Assembly: GCA_949288095.1 (NCBI GenBank)
Contig: CASEIX010000058.1
Coordinates: 14,722 to 78,721 of the forward strand
From: an uncultured Eubacteriales bacterium
GTDB taxonomy: Bacteria; Bacillota; Clostridia; TANB77; CAG-508
Direction: 5' to 3'
Length of the DNA: 64,000 bases
The notes under the pieces are model-generated. The model saw only the letters and a list, made by a program, of their open reading frames with translations. It had not been told where the DNA came from and searched no databases. How positions within the stretch are numbered: the first letter of the stretch is position 1; each line of letters opens with the position of its first letter. Below are positions 1 through 10,054 of the stretch, in pieces. The position numbers and the translations under genes are program-made.

Positions 1-128
1 GCTATCACGATTGGTAAAAAAATGATAATAAATGTTGTTGTTGAAAATAGCATTTTTTGTTTCTCCTATTCTATGATAAATAACAGACATAGCATGCTAA
101 ACTGATTGATAGTAAAAAGTTAATCATG

Positions 129-1202
129 TTATGTATTGTTATTTTTTAGCCAATTCTCTAAATCATTGAATTGATTTACTGCTTCTTTGATTACTTTTTT
201 TAGTTTATAATTACTAGCTCTTTTAAAATAATATTTTCTCAATATTGTTTCATAATTCATATCTCTAATAGGTTGATATCTATTAAAAAATTTTGATTCT
301 TCTATAACTGTCTCTTGTTTTTTACTATATGTTAAATTGTAAATTTTCTGTCTATATAACATAGATAATATCATAGAATGAAATCTTCCACATACCATAT
401 ATTTCATTTTGGCATATTTTTCTAAATATTCTTCTATGTTTTCTTTAAAAATTTCCACATGAACATTGTTTTTATATTCATCTGGTACTGTTGAAAGTAT
501 GGTTTGGATTGCTTCACTATCTTTTTCAAATTCTGAAAATCCAAATAATGTCACTTGATAATTTCTTTTTGCAAATTTGATAATAATTCTCTTGATGAAG
601 TCATTATAGGCTCCTTCTTTTTCTTTTAAGTCTTCTCTAATTGCTAAACTAATAACGGAAATTCCTATTGTATTTTTTTCCTTTTTTACTTTTTTTACTG
701 GTAATGTAAAAGCCATATCTGGTGCTTGTCTTACTTGTGGAATTTCTTTAAATAAATTATAGGATTTCTTATCACGAAAACAAATTCCTCCACATAGTGA
801 ATATGTTTCTTTTGCTAAATTCAAATATTCTTCTGTTTGATATGGTCCAAAATTACAAGACATGTAGAAAAACTTTTTGTTTTTTTCATTACATCTCTTT
901 ACAAATTTATTGACTTCTTTTAGTTCGTGTCTGGCATATTCTGATTCCATAAAGATAGAACCGCCTACATAAAGGTAGGCGTCAAAATCTTCAATATTTA
1001 TTTTATCAAAATCTCTATTTTCATAAAGATAATGCAAATTTTCAAAATTTTGATATACGTTTTCATATTCTTTTTCTACAACATGTATGTAAAAATCAAT
1101 ATTTGGATATCTTTTTAATAATAAATAGATAAATAAATTATCTCCTAAGTTAACTTTTGTATAGGCAAATAGCAAAATTTTGGTGTTATTTTTCATAAAC
1201 AA
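129..1202 (-). CDS. polysaccharide pyruvyl transferase family protein (CsaB-like)
   Basis: 357 aa. N-terminal KILLFAYTKVNLGDNLFIYLL resembles the conserved G-N-L-GD motif of PS_pyruv_trans family proteins. The size fits CsaB-type enzymes. Confidence 0.55.
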   Translation of the reverse strand: MFMKNNTKILLFAYTKVNLGDNLFIYLLLKRYPNIDFYIHVVEKEYENVYQNFENLHYLYENRDFDKINIEDFDAYLYVGGSIFMESEYARHELKEVNKFVKRCNEKNKKFFYMSCNFGPYQTEEYLNLAKETYSLCGGICFRDKKSYNLFKEIPQVRQAPDMAFTLPVKKVKKEKNTIGISVISLAIREDLKEKEGAYNDFIKRIIIKFAKRNYQVTLFGFSEFEKDSEAIQTILSTVPDEYKNNVHVEIFKENIEEYLEKYAKMKYMVCGRFHSMILSMLYRQKIYNLTYSKKQETVIEESKFFNRYQPIRDMNYETILRKYYFKRASNYKLKKVIKEAVNQFNDLENWLKNNNT

Positions 1203-1214
1203 TCCCCTTTTCTA

Positions 1215-3497
1215 TTATTGAATCGTTACTTTTATTTTTTTCTCAAACATCCCATCTAATGTTTTCACAACTATGTAAGTTGTTCCTTTTTTCAATCCTC
1301 TAAAACGATTATTGTATACTCTTATAATCTCCGGATTTTCTGCATACCATTCTAGTTGTACATTTTGACTATTTTGTGGTGTACATGTATATGTTAGATC
1401 TACTGCTTCATCCACATTTGCTACATATTGTTCTTTGTCTGTTATAATATCTTTCACATATATTTTTCCTGGTTTTTGTACTTTTACTTTAATTCTTTTT
1501 TCTACACTTCCATCTCTTGTTCTAACAATCACATCTGCTATGCCTTCTTTTAGTCCTCTAAATCGATTATTATATACTCTTACAATTTCTGGATTGCTTG
1601 ATATCCAATCAAATTCCGCATTGGTTGCATATTCTGGTGTATAGGTAAAAGGAATATCTACTGCTTCATTTTCATCAACTGTATATTCTGTTGTATTCAG
1701 TACAATATCTTTTACTTTTCCTGGATCTTTTATCGTAACTTTTATTTTCTTTACATATAATCCATCTAATGTTTTTACTACTATATTAGTTGTTCCTTTT
1801 GCCAATCCTCTAAAACGATTATTATACACTCTTATAATTTCAGGATTTTCTGCATACCATTCAAATTGAGCATTTGTACTATTTGATGGTGCATATGTAT
1901 AGGAAAGATCAATTGCTTGACCAATATATGCTGTATATTCTTCTTGGTCTGTTGTTACACTCTCCACATATGTCTTTCCTGGTTTTACAACTTTTACTTG
2001 AATTCTTTTTTCAACCATTGGACCTGTACGTGTTCTAATGATGACTTCTGCTGTTCCTGGTTTTAATCCTCTAAATCGATTATTATATACTCTTAAAATA
2101 TCTGGATTTGATGAAATCCAATCTAATTCTCCATTTGTTGCATTTTCTGGTGTAATTGTAAATGGAATATCAATTGCTTCATTTACATTGATTTGATAAT
2201 CTGTTTTTTCTAAATCAATATCTTCTAAATAAATCTTTGAAGGATCTTTTACATATACTTCACAGCTTGCTTGTCTTCCGCCTGCAATAGAAGTCGCTGT
2301 TATGATTGATTTTCCTTCTTTTAAACCTCTAAAATGTCCATTCCAGATACGTACCACTTCCGGATCTGAAGATTCCCATACTAGAGTTTGATTTGTCGCA
2401 TTACTTGGTTGAAAACTTACAAGAATATCTCCTGTTTCATCTATATTTACTGTTTGTGATGTTTTATCTACTGTAATATTATTTACAGGAACTGCTGGTT
2501 TTGTTACTCTAACTGTACATTTTGCAATTCTTTGATTGTTCCAACTAATAGCTGTAATAGTTGATGTACCTTCTTTTAATCCTCTTAAATGTCCATTCCA
2601 TACACGTACAACATCTGGATTAGAAGAATACCAATCTGCTCCTTGCATATAGGCATTTGTTGGTGTAATGATTGTATTTAATTGTGCAGTTGGTTCTGGA
2701 TTTGTATTACTAATTTCTAATTCCAATTCTGTTTTATCCAATTTCATTTGTCTAACAGGTTCTCTACCTTGTCCTTTTAATTGTAAATTATATGCTTCTA
2801 CAATTCCCTGTGCATCTGCCACACCTAAATTCTTTAATTTTGCATCAGAATTTAAAAATTCTTGACAATCCGCATCACTACTAATATAACAATGTTCTAC
2901 TAATAAAGAACGAATTCCATAATTCATTGGGTATCGAATAATACCATAATAATCTTTGACAATACCACTTGGATACCATTCGTTTGGTTGTCCTGAACGT
3001 GTAGAAACACCATGATCTTGTAATCCTAATCTAGCAAGTCTATACAAAATTTTTTCTCCTACCATTTTGCTTCCTTCATAGTATTCCACTTGAGAATTGT
3101 CTTGTGTAACCCAAATTTCCGCACCTCTAGCTGATTGTGACGTACTAGAATTAATATGAATACTAACCACTAAATCTGCATTATAATTTTTTGCAAATTC
3201 ACCTCTATCATAAATGCTAGGACAGTCTGCATATCTTGTCAAATAAACTTTTACCCCTTCATATTTTTCTAGTTCTTGCTTAGCATATGTTGCTATTTTA
3301 TAATTAACATCTGATTCTTTTAAGCCAAATTTGCTATTTGCAGCTCCTGGATCTGAGCCACCATGGCCCGGATCCAATACAATAACAAAATTTCCTTCTT
3401 CATCAGCCGCATTAGCTGTTGTTTCTAAAATTCCAATAAATGCAAAAGCCGTAATTATTATAATAACAATTTGAAAAATTCTTTTTATCAACTTCAT
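1215..3497 (-). CDS. secreted N-acetylmuramoyl-L-alanine amidase (Amidase_3) with about six C-terminal Big_2 Ig-like repeats
   Basis: Signal peptide is present. The amidase domain shows VIVLDPGHGGSDPGA and LVVSIHINSS motifs. It is followed by about six ~75-aa repeats of the form NATN-EFDWISSNP-VRVYNNRFRGLK-GTA-V-V-T-DG, which match Big_2 topology. Confidence 0.85.
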   Translation of the reverse strand: MKLIKRIFQIVIIIITAFAFIGILETTANAADEEGNFVIVLDPGHGGSDPGAANSKFGLKESDVNYKIATYAKQELEKYEGVKVYLTRYADCPSIYDRGEFAKNYNADLVVSIHINSSTSQSARGAEIWVTQDNSQVEYYEGSKMVGEKILYRLARLGLQDHGVSTRSGQPNEWYPSGIVKDYYGIIRYPMNYGIRSLLVEHCYISSDADCQEFLNSDAKLKNLGVADAQGIVEAYNLQLKGQGREPVRQMKLDKTELELEISNTNPEPTAQLNTIITPTNAYMQGADWYSSNPDVVRVWNGHLRGLKEGTSTITAISWNNQRIAKCTVRVTKPAVPVNNITVDKTSQTVNIDETGDILVSFQPSNATNQTLVWESSDPEVVRIWNGHFRGLKEGKSIITATSIAGGRQASCEVYVKDPSKIYLEDIDLEKTDYQINVNEAIDIPFTITPENATNGELDWISSNPDILRVYNNRFRGLKPGTAEVIIRTRTGPMVEKRIQVKVVKPGKTYVESVTTDQEEYTAYIGQAIDLSYTYAPSNSTNAQFEWYAENPEIIRVYNNRFRGLAKGTTNIVVKTLDGLYVKKIKVTIKDPGKVKDIVLNTTEYTVDENEAVDIPFTYTPEYATNAEFDWISSNPEIVRVYNNRFRGLKEGIADVIVRTRDGSVEKRIKVKVQKPGKIYVKDIITDKEQYVANVDEAVDLTYTCTPQNSQNVQLEWYAENPEIIRVYNNRFRGLKKGTTYIVVKTLDGMFEKKIKVTIQ

Positions 3498-5050
3498 TTC
3501 ATTCCTTTCCCTTTTATTTAACCGTTACTTTAATTCTTTTTTCAATGCTTTGATCTAATGTTCTAACCACTACTTCTGCTGTTCCTTTTTGTAATCCTCT
3601 GAATCGATTGTTGTATACTCTTACAATTTCTGGATTTGTTGAAAACCACTCAAATTGTGCATTTGTTGCATACTGTGGAGTCCAACTGAAATCATTGATA
3701 TCTACTGCTTCATTTTCCGCAACAGTATATTCTGTTTTTCCTAATATAATTTCTTGTACTAAACCAGATGCTTTTACAGTTACTTTTATTCTTTCTTCAT
3801 ATGTTCCATCTAAGGTTCTTACAACTATTTCTGCTGTTCCTGGTTTTAATCCCCTAAATCGGTTATTATATACTCTTACAATTTCTGGATTGGTTGAATA
3901 CCATTCAAATTGTGCATTTGATGCATTTGTTGGATTATATGTAAATGGTATATCGACCGCTTGTGTTTCATATACGGTATATTCCATTTGTGGTAATTGT
4001 ATATCGGTTACATATGTTTTATTTGGATCTCTTACAACTACTTTAATTCTTTTTTCAACCATTGGACCTGTCCTTGTTCTGATAATTACCTCTGCTATTC
4101 CTTCTTTTAACGCTCTAAATCGATTATTGTATACCCTTAAAACTTCTGAATTTGATGAAATCCAATCAAATTCTGTATTTGTAGCATATTCTGGTGACCA
4201 ACTAAATGGAATATCTACCGCTTCATCTATATTTACAATATAAGATGTTTTATCTAATACAATATCTTCTACTGTTGCATTACTATAATCTACCACATTT
4301 ACTTTTATCCTTTTCTCAACCATTGGACCTGTTCTTGTTCTAACAATTACTTCTGCTGTTCCTGGTTTTAATCCTCTAAATCGATTATTATATACTCTTA
4401 ATATTTCAGAATCTGATGAAATCCAGTCAAATTCATAATTATAAGCATTATCTGGTGAATATGTAAATGGAATATCTACTGCTTCATTGACATCTATTGT
4501 ATATTCTGTTTGTTCAAATTGAATATCTTCTACATATGGTTTTTCAACTGTTACATTACAACTTGTTGCAACTGTTCCATCTAATGTTTTTGCTACTATT
4601 TGTGCTGTTCCTGCTTTTAATCCTCTAAATCGATTATTATACACTCTTAATACTTCTGGATTTGTTGAATACCATTCAAATTCTGCATTGACACTATCTG
4701 CTGGTGTATATGAAAAATTAACATCTACTGCTTCATCTTCTTTTATGACATATTGAGATTTTTCAATCCATATATTTTGTACATAATGTTTATTTGGATC
4801 TCTTATAATTACTTTTATTCTTTTTTCTACCACTGGACCTGTTCTTGTTCTAACAATTACTTCTGCTGTTCCCTCTTTTAATCCTCTAAATCGGTTATTA
4901 TATACTCGTAATATTTCAGGATCTGATGAAACCCAATCAAATTCATAATTAATGGCATTTTCTGGACTATATGTAAATGGAATATCTACTGCCTCATTCA
5001 TTTGAATTACGTATTGGTCTTGCTCAAATTGGATATCATTAACATATAAT
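1215..5050 (-). repeat. array of paralogous ~225-bp coding repeats (Big_2 modules) shared within and between the two hydrolase genes
   Basis: The DNA segment ctctaaatcgattattatatactcttac...tctggattt and the encoded RVYNNRFRGLK unit recur at least 13 times across the two adjacent genes. Confidence 0.7.
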
Positions 5051-6351
5051 TTGCTTTTATCGATAACCGTTACCGTACAAGTTGCTGTGTATCCTCCATC
5101 AATTGTTTTCGCAGTTAATACAGATATTCCTTCTTTTAAACCTCTAAAATGTCCATTCCATACTCTAACTACATCAGGATTTGATGATGTCCATTCCACA
5201 CTTTGTTCAGTTGCATTAGATGGTGTAATTACTGGAATTGCATCTCCTGTTTCGTCAATTCCTACTGTAAATGTACTTTGTTGCATTGTAATTCCTTGAA
5301 CTGGTACATCTTGTGGCATTGGATTAGATGCTGGCATGTTATCATATACTGGTATAATAAATGTGATATTAGTTTGCAAACTATTGCTATATAATTCATA
5401 ATTTGAATAAGATTGTGATGTTGGATCTTGTATATTTGTCATGTATTGATGCCTGAACATATCTGATTTATTAACTGTTTGAGATTCTCCATCTCTTAAT
5501 ATTTTTGTTCCAACAACATCCCATTTATTAAAATATGCTGTGTTTTGTCCTGCTTCAATATAATTTTTTCCAATTAATTTTGCTCCATCTACAATGGCTT
5601 TATATGGACTGTCCCATCCTTTATCTTTAGCATATAATAATCCATTTGCTATTGGATCTCCTGTATCATGAGCTCCAAAATTATAAAAATTATAATATCC
5701 TTCATATCCAGGATATGTTCCAGAAACAGATCCACTTCCTTGACTGCCTACTTCTTGAATAATCTTACTCTTTATATAAAAAGCACTAATATTTGATTCT
5801 TGTGCTGCTTTAATAATCATTTCTGCATAAGATATAGTTACTGGTTGATTATTTAAGTCATTACATGTAATCGTTGCATCTAAAAATGTTCCTTTCACAG
5901 CTTCTTGAATAGCAGATAATGTTTGTACATCTGCATTATAAGAACTCTCTACAAATTGAAAGATTTGTGTTTCATTTAAAAAGTTTCTTGGATCTAAATA
6001 ATAAGCTACAATACCATCAGAAGCACATGCCCATCCATTTTCTACAAATCCACAACTATTTTTCCAAGATTTTGGTGCATTATTAGTTACACGATTTCTA
6101 TGTACACTTTCATCTCTTTCATTTTGTATTAGTTCATCCCATGAAATTCCAGTATAATATGCTTGAAATTTCCAATTTGGATATTTGTTAGCTAATTGTT
6201 GTAATCTTTCTTGATAAGAAGCTGGAAATTGATCAATTCCTGTTTTTACATATTGATAATATGTATCAGCAGCCTTTGATACTTGCCCTAAACTTAATAT
6301 CATAAAAATACAAATAATCATAATCCCTATTATATTTTTTATTATTCTCAT
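3514..6351 (-). CDS. secreted peptidoglycan hydrolase (glucosaminidase/GH73-like N-domain) with about seven Big_2 Ig-like repeats
   Basis: Signal peptide is present. The N-terminal ~330 aa contain GWACASDGIVAYYLDPRNF, FYNFYNFGAHDT and GQNTAYFNKW, which resemble muramidase/glucosaminidase domains. Seven repeats of the RVYNNRFRGLKxGTAEV type follow, paralogous to the repeats of the upstream amidase. Confidence 0.7.
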   Translation of the reverse strand: MRIIKNIIGIMIICIFMILSLGQVSKAADTYYQYVKTGIDQFPASYQERLQQLANKYPNWKFQAYYTGISWDELIQNERDESVHRNRVTNNAPKSWKNSCGFVENGWACASDGIVAYYLDPRNFLNETQIFQFVESSYNADVQTLSAIQEAVKGTFLDATITCNDLNNQPVTISYAEMIIKAAQESNISAFYIKSKIIQEVGSQGSGSVSGTYPGYEGYYNFYNFGAHDTGDPIANGLLYAKDKGWDSPYKAIVDGAKLIGKNYIEAGQNTAYFNKWDVVGTKILRDGESQTVNKSDMFRHQYMTNIQDPTSQSYSNYELYSNSLQTNITFIIPVYDNMPASNPMPQDVPVQGITMQQSTFTVGIDETGDAIPVITPSNATEQSVEWTSSNPDVVRVWNGHFRGLKEGISVLTAKTIDGGYTATCTVTVIDKSKLYVNDIQFEQDQYVIQMNEAVDIPFTYSPENAINYEFDWVSSDPEILRVYNNRFRGLKEGTAEVIVRTRTGPVVEKRIKVIIRDPNKHYVQNIWIEKSQYVIKEDEAVDVNFSYTPADSVNAEFEWYSTNPEVLRVYNNRFRGLKAGTAQIVAKTLDGTVATSCNVTVEKPYVEDIQFEQTEYTIDVNEAVDIPFTYSPDNAYNYEFDWISSDSEILRVYNNRFRGLKPGTAEVIVRTRTGPMVEKRIKVNVVDYSNATVEDIVLDKTSYIVNIDEAVDIPFSWSPEYATNTEFDWISSNSEVLRVYNNRFRALKEGIAEVIIRTRTGPMVEKRIKVVVRDPNKTYVTDIQLPQMEYTVYETQAVDIPFTYNPTNASNAQFEWYSTNPEIVRVYNNRFRGLKPGTAEIVVRTLDGTYEERIKVTVKASGLVQEIILGKTEYTVAENEAVDINDFSWTPQYATNAQFEWFSTNPEIVRVYNNRFRGLQKGTAEVVVRTLDQSIEKRIKVTVK

Positions 6352-6430
6352 ATTTTTTATCCTTTCCGTAAATAGTTTCTATCTACTTTTATTCCTTTTA
6401 AGTATATCATTTGTACTCTTTTTTGACAAT

Positions 6431-7249
6431 TTATTTTTGCTCTTTTTTCTTTCCTCTTTTTACCATAATCATGAATACTATGATTACTAATAAAATAACA
6501 AATGCAATTACTCCCCAAAGAATATATTGTTGATAAGTTTCCTTTTGCTTTTCTTGTTTTGCTTGTTCTAAATCTGCCTCATACTCTTCTAATCCGCTTG
6601 GATCTTCAACACTTTCTCCTGCTTTTTTTGCCGTTAATTTATATTCTTTTGTTGTAATACCATCTTCTGCCGTTACTTTAATGGTAACAATGTGAAGTGT
6701 ACTGCTAAAATTGTTATTATCTAATATTTCTACTTTTGCATTTTCATTTTCGGGAATTGCTGTAATATCTAAGCTTTCTATATAACCCTCATATTCTACA
6801 AGATAATTAATATCTTTATCATTAAATGTAGGATTTAATGGAATTCCCTTTACTTCTAAATTTTTTAAATTCGCATTTGCTTTTTCTGGGTCTCCTTTTG
6901 TAATATGTAAATAATAAGAATTAGTAGTTGTCCCATCTTCTGCTGTCACTTTGATTTCAAAATCATTTACTCCTGTTTTTAAATTGGTATCGCCAATCAC
7001 TTCTGCTGTTGCATTTGGGTCATCTGTAATTGCTTCTATTTCTATTTTATCCTTATCATTACCAATAGCTATTACATAATCTGTAATAAATTGATCAAAT
7101 TGTGGCTCAATGTCTTGGCCATCAATTTTTATGTCTCTTAATAATGGATTGTTATTTTTCATTACTGCTTCCACTTTTGTTATTGGCAATAGACTAATTA
7201 TCATTACCACCATAATTATAAATACAAAAATACTTTTTTTCATTTGCAT
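6431..7249 (-). CDS. cell-surface protein with two cadherin-like beta-sandwich repeats and a C-terminal transmembrane anchor
   Basis: Signal peptide is present. Two internal repeats are DIKIDGQDIEPQFDQFITDYVIAIGN and NLEVKGIPLNPTFNDKDINYLVEYEGYI, each followed by VTAEDG. The protein ends in a hydrophobic stretch plus KRGKKKEQK. Confidence 0.5.
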   Translation of the reverse strand: MQMKKSIFVFIIMVVMIISLLPITKVEAVMKNNNPLLRDIKIDGQDIEPQFDQFITDYVIAIGNDKDKIEIEAITDDPNATAEVIGDTNLKTGVNDFEIKVTAEDGTTTNSYYLHITKGDPEKANANLKNLEVKGIPLNPTFNDKDINYLVEYEGYIESLDITAIPENENAKVEILDNNNFSSTLHIVTIKVTAEDGITTKEYKLTAKKAGESVEDPSGLEEYEADLEQAKQEKQKETYQQYILWGVIAFVILLVIIVFMIMVKRGKKKEQK

Positions 7250-7414
7250 AATTCCTCCTTTTTTTCTTTTTATATAGTTTACATTTGTAATCTTATTTTG
7301 TCAATAATTTATTCGCTTTTTATGATTTTATATTAAAATTCGATTTATATAAACATATATATACATATAATTTTACTATTATATTAAATATCTATATTTT
7401 TCTGTGCAACCTTA

Positions 7415-7489
7415 TTTTTTTGTGATATAGAAAAATCGCTTTTTTCTATATCACAAAAAAGAGATGGAAATTTTTACGTTTTCCATCTC
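7415..7489 (-). terminator. tandem hairpins downstream of guaB; hairpin 2 plus T-run is a rho-independent terminator
   Basis: Hairpin 2 is gagatggaa/ttccatctc at 7461-7489 with a U6 tract on the minus strand, 16 nt after the guaB stop. Hairpin 1 at 7415-7460 is a 17-bp A/T-flanked palindrome (tttgtgatatagaaaaa/tttttctatatcacaaa). Confidence 0.6.
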
Positions 7490-7504
7490 AATTTTTAATA
7501 TATT

Positions 7505-9010
7505 TTATTTATATTGATTATCAATTTCTTTTAAGATAACATCATGTGCGCTACCTTCTGAAATACTAACATCAGATACTAATGTTAATCTTGCTTTTTC
7601 GTGTAATTCAGGAATGGTAACACTTCCACAGTTACACATTGTTGATTTTATTTTTGCACAAGTAATTGCTAAATTATCTTTTAATTTTCCTGCATATGGG
7701 ATATATGAATCAACACCTTCTTCAAATGAAAGTTTTGCATCTCCTCCCATATCATATCTTTGCCAGTTTCTTGCTCTATTAGAACCTTCTCCCCAATATT
7801 CTTTTACATAGCCGTTTCCTTTTTTAACAACTCTTGTTGGACTTTCATCAAATCTAGCAAAATATCTTCCCATCATAACAAAGTCTGCTCCTAATGCTAA
7901 AGCAATCGTAATGTGATGGTCATGTACAATTCCACCATCTGAACAAACTGGGATATAGATTCCTGTTTCTTCAAAATATTTATCTCTTTCTGCAACAACA
8001 TCAATTAAAGCTGAGGCTTGTCCACGTCCGATACCTTTGGTTTCACGTGTGATACAAATAGATCCTCCACCAACACCTACTTTAATGAAGTCTGCTCCTG
8101 CTTCTGCTAAATATCTAAATCCTTCTGCATCTACAACATTTCCTGCACCAATTTTAACAGAATCTCCATATTTTGCTCTTACAAAATCTATTGTATTTTT
8201 TTGCCATACAGAATATCCATCTGAAGAATCCATACAAAGTAAATCTACACCTGCATCTACTAATGCTGGTATTCTTTGTTCGTGGTCTCTTGTATTGATA
8301 CCTGCACCTACAATATATCTCTTATCTTCATCTAATAAAGAATCTGGATTATTTTTTCTCTCTTCATAATCTTTTCTAAATACTAGATATTTTAAATTTC
8401 CTTCTTCAGTTAATATTGGCAAACATGCTATTTTCTTTTCCCATATTAAATCATTTGCTTCTGATAAAGAAATTCCTTCATGTGCCCATACAGCCTTTTC
8501 TTTTGATGTCATAAAATTATCAATTGGAGCATTTAAATCATCTCTTGATACACGATAATCTTTATCTGTTACTAATCCAATGAATTTTCCTTTTGCAGTT
8601 CCATCCTCTGTAATCATAACTGTTGAATGTCCTGTTTTTATAACTAAGTCAATCACATCTTTTAAAGGTGTTCCAGATTTTACATTGGAATCACTTACTA
8701 TAAATCCTGCTTTATGTTTTTTTACTTGTCTTACCATTTCTGCTTGTGATTCAATACTTTGTGAACCATAAATAAATGCAACTCCACCTTCTCTTGCTAA
8801 GGCAATTCCCATATCTACTCCAGATACAGATTGCATAATAGCAGATACCATTGGGATATTTGCAGAATATTTTGGCTCTTCTCCTTTTCTGTATTTTACA
8901 AGTGGTGTTTTTAAAGACACCTTGTTTGGTATACATCTTTCATCTGTTAAATTTGGTAATAATAAAAATTCATTAAATGTTCTTGAAATATCTTCTAAAA
9001 TCTTTGCCAT
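7505..9010 (-). CDS. guaB: inosine-5'-monophosphate dehydrogenase
   Basis: 501 aa. The catalytic loop reads [19 protein letters not shown] region, GIGRGQASA and SDGGI are present. Similarity to the IMPDH family runs the full length. Confidence 0.93.
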   Translation of the reverse strand: MAKILEDISRTFNEFLLLPNLTDERCIPNKVSLKTPLVKYRKGEEPKYSANIPMVSAIMQSVSGVDMGIALAREGGVAFIYGSQSIESQAEMVRQVKKHKAGFIVSDSNVKSGTPLKDVIDLVIKTGHSTVMITEDGTAKGKFIGLVTDKDYRVSRDDLNAPIDNFMTSKEKAVWAHEGISLSEANDLIWEKKIACLPILTEEGNLKYLVFRKDYEERKNNPDSLLDEDKRYIVGAGINTRDHEQRIPALVDAGVDLLCMDSSDGYSVWQKNTIDFVRAKYGDSVKIGAGNVVDAEGFRYLAEAGADFIKVGVGGGSICITRETKGIGRGQASALIDVVAERDKYFEETGIYIPVCSDGGIVHDHHITIALALGADFVMMGRYFARFDESPTRVVKKGNGYVKEYWGEGSNRARNWQRYDMGGDAKLSFEEGVDSYIPYAGKLKDNLAITCAKIKSTMCNCGSVTIPELHEKARLTLVSDVSISEGSAHDVILKEIDNQYK

Positions 9011-9194
9011 ATTAACTCCTCCATCTATTAAAATTTATAAAATGAAATGATGCAGAACTTATTTTTATCCTGTCATCATTCTCTCCTTGAAAAATTGATA
9101 GTACTAGTATATCACATTTTTTCCAGAGTGTAAACCATTTTTCGTTTTTTTCATAGCATTAAAGATTAACCCAATTATATTTTTAGGCTAAAAA

Positions 9195-9238
9195 AGTAAA
9201 CTAATCGTCGATTTCATTTTCTCAACAATTAGTTTACT
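9195..9238 (-). terminator. rho-independent terminator of the 9257-9991 gene
   Basis: An 11-bp stem (agtaaactaat/attagtttact) is followed on the minus strand by a TTTTTT tract. Confidence 0.55.
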
Positions 9239-9256
9239 AAAATAATATTTTATTTC

Positions 9257-9991
9257 TTACATTGATGCGCCAATTTCATATATTGAATCGTCTTCTGTAA
9301 TAGCAACAACTGCATTATATCCACTGCTATCTTGTGGAGTAACACTTACTTGTTCAAATCTATCAACATTGTTTACTCCTGAAATATCTTCTGCTACAAA
9401 CTCTCCTGTTTTGTATCCATTTTCCATAGCAATTCCTTTTATCGTTCCATCCTTTAATAATATAAATACTAGTGGATAATCCCAGTCTTGTCCTTCCATA
9501 CCATAGAAAATTGTTTCCACCTCATCAGAAGTTACATTACTAACTATATATTTTTCATTATACTCTATTCCATTTCCACGTTCAAATAACATTTCGTTTA
9601 AATCTGATTCTTTAAAAGTTATTGTTAAATCATCATCTTGCTCTGCTATCGTTAATGCATTTGTTATAGTATCTTCTTCACTTTCTATAACTTCATAACT
9701 AGCATTAAATTCATCATTGTCTACTTCTTTAACTCTAAAAGTATTATTGGTATTTTCATTATTTGTATCACTTTCAGTAGTATTGCTTGAAATATGATTA
9801 CTTATATCATTATTATCTGCTGACATTTCATTAACTGTATTTGATGTTTCATTACTTAGAGTGTTACTATTTTGTTGAGAATTATTATCTCTATTCATAT
9901 TATAAATAATAAAACCTCCACATAATATAATAATTAATATAACAACAATTATTAAAATTCCTTTTTTCATTTTTTCTCTCCTTTTCAACAT
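9257..9991 (-). CDS. membrane-anchored hypothetical protein with N/S/T-rich low-complexity linker
   Basis: An N-terminal transmembrane helix is followed by an asparagine/serine-rich region and then a C-terminal globular part. No family was recognised. Confidence 0.45.
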   Translation of the reverse strand: MLKRREKMKKGILIIVVILIIILCGGFIIYNMNRDNNSQQNSNTLSNETSNTVNEMSADNNDISNHISSNTTESDTNNENTNNTFRVKEVDNDEFNASYEVIESEEDTITNALTIAEQDDDLTITFKESDLNEMLFERGNGIEYNEKYIVSNVTSDEVETIFYGMEGQDWDYPLVFILLKDGTIKGIAMENGYKTGEFVAEDISGVNNVDRFEQVSVTPQDSSGYNAVVAITEDDSIYEIGASM

Positions 9992-10054
9992 AATTTTATC
10001 TCATATTGTTTTAAATCTCTTATTCATTTCAATATGATCGTATGTTAATTGAAA

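Noticed and set aside
3608-4243. Plus-strand ORFs of 60-211 aa nested inside minus-strand genes (e.g. 3608-4243, 34890-35381, 40064-40541, 46289-46612)
   Set aside because: All lie antisense within strongly supported minus-strand CDSs. They are low-complexity products of AT-rich codon-position bias with no SD or homology, so they are shadow ORFs.
9011-9256. Purine riboswitch in the guaB leader
   Set aside because: The leader read on the minus strand lacks the conserved purine-aptamer junction sequences. Only an SD (GGAGGAG) and an AT-rich spacer are present.
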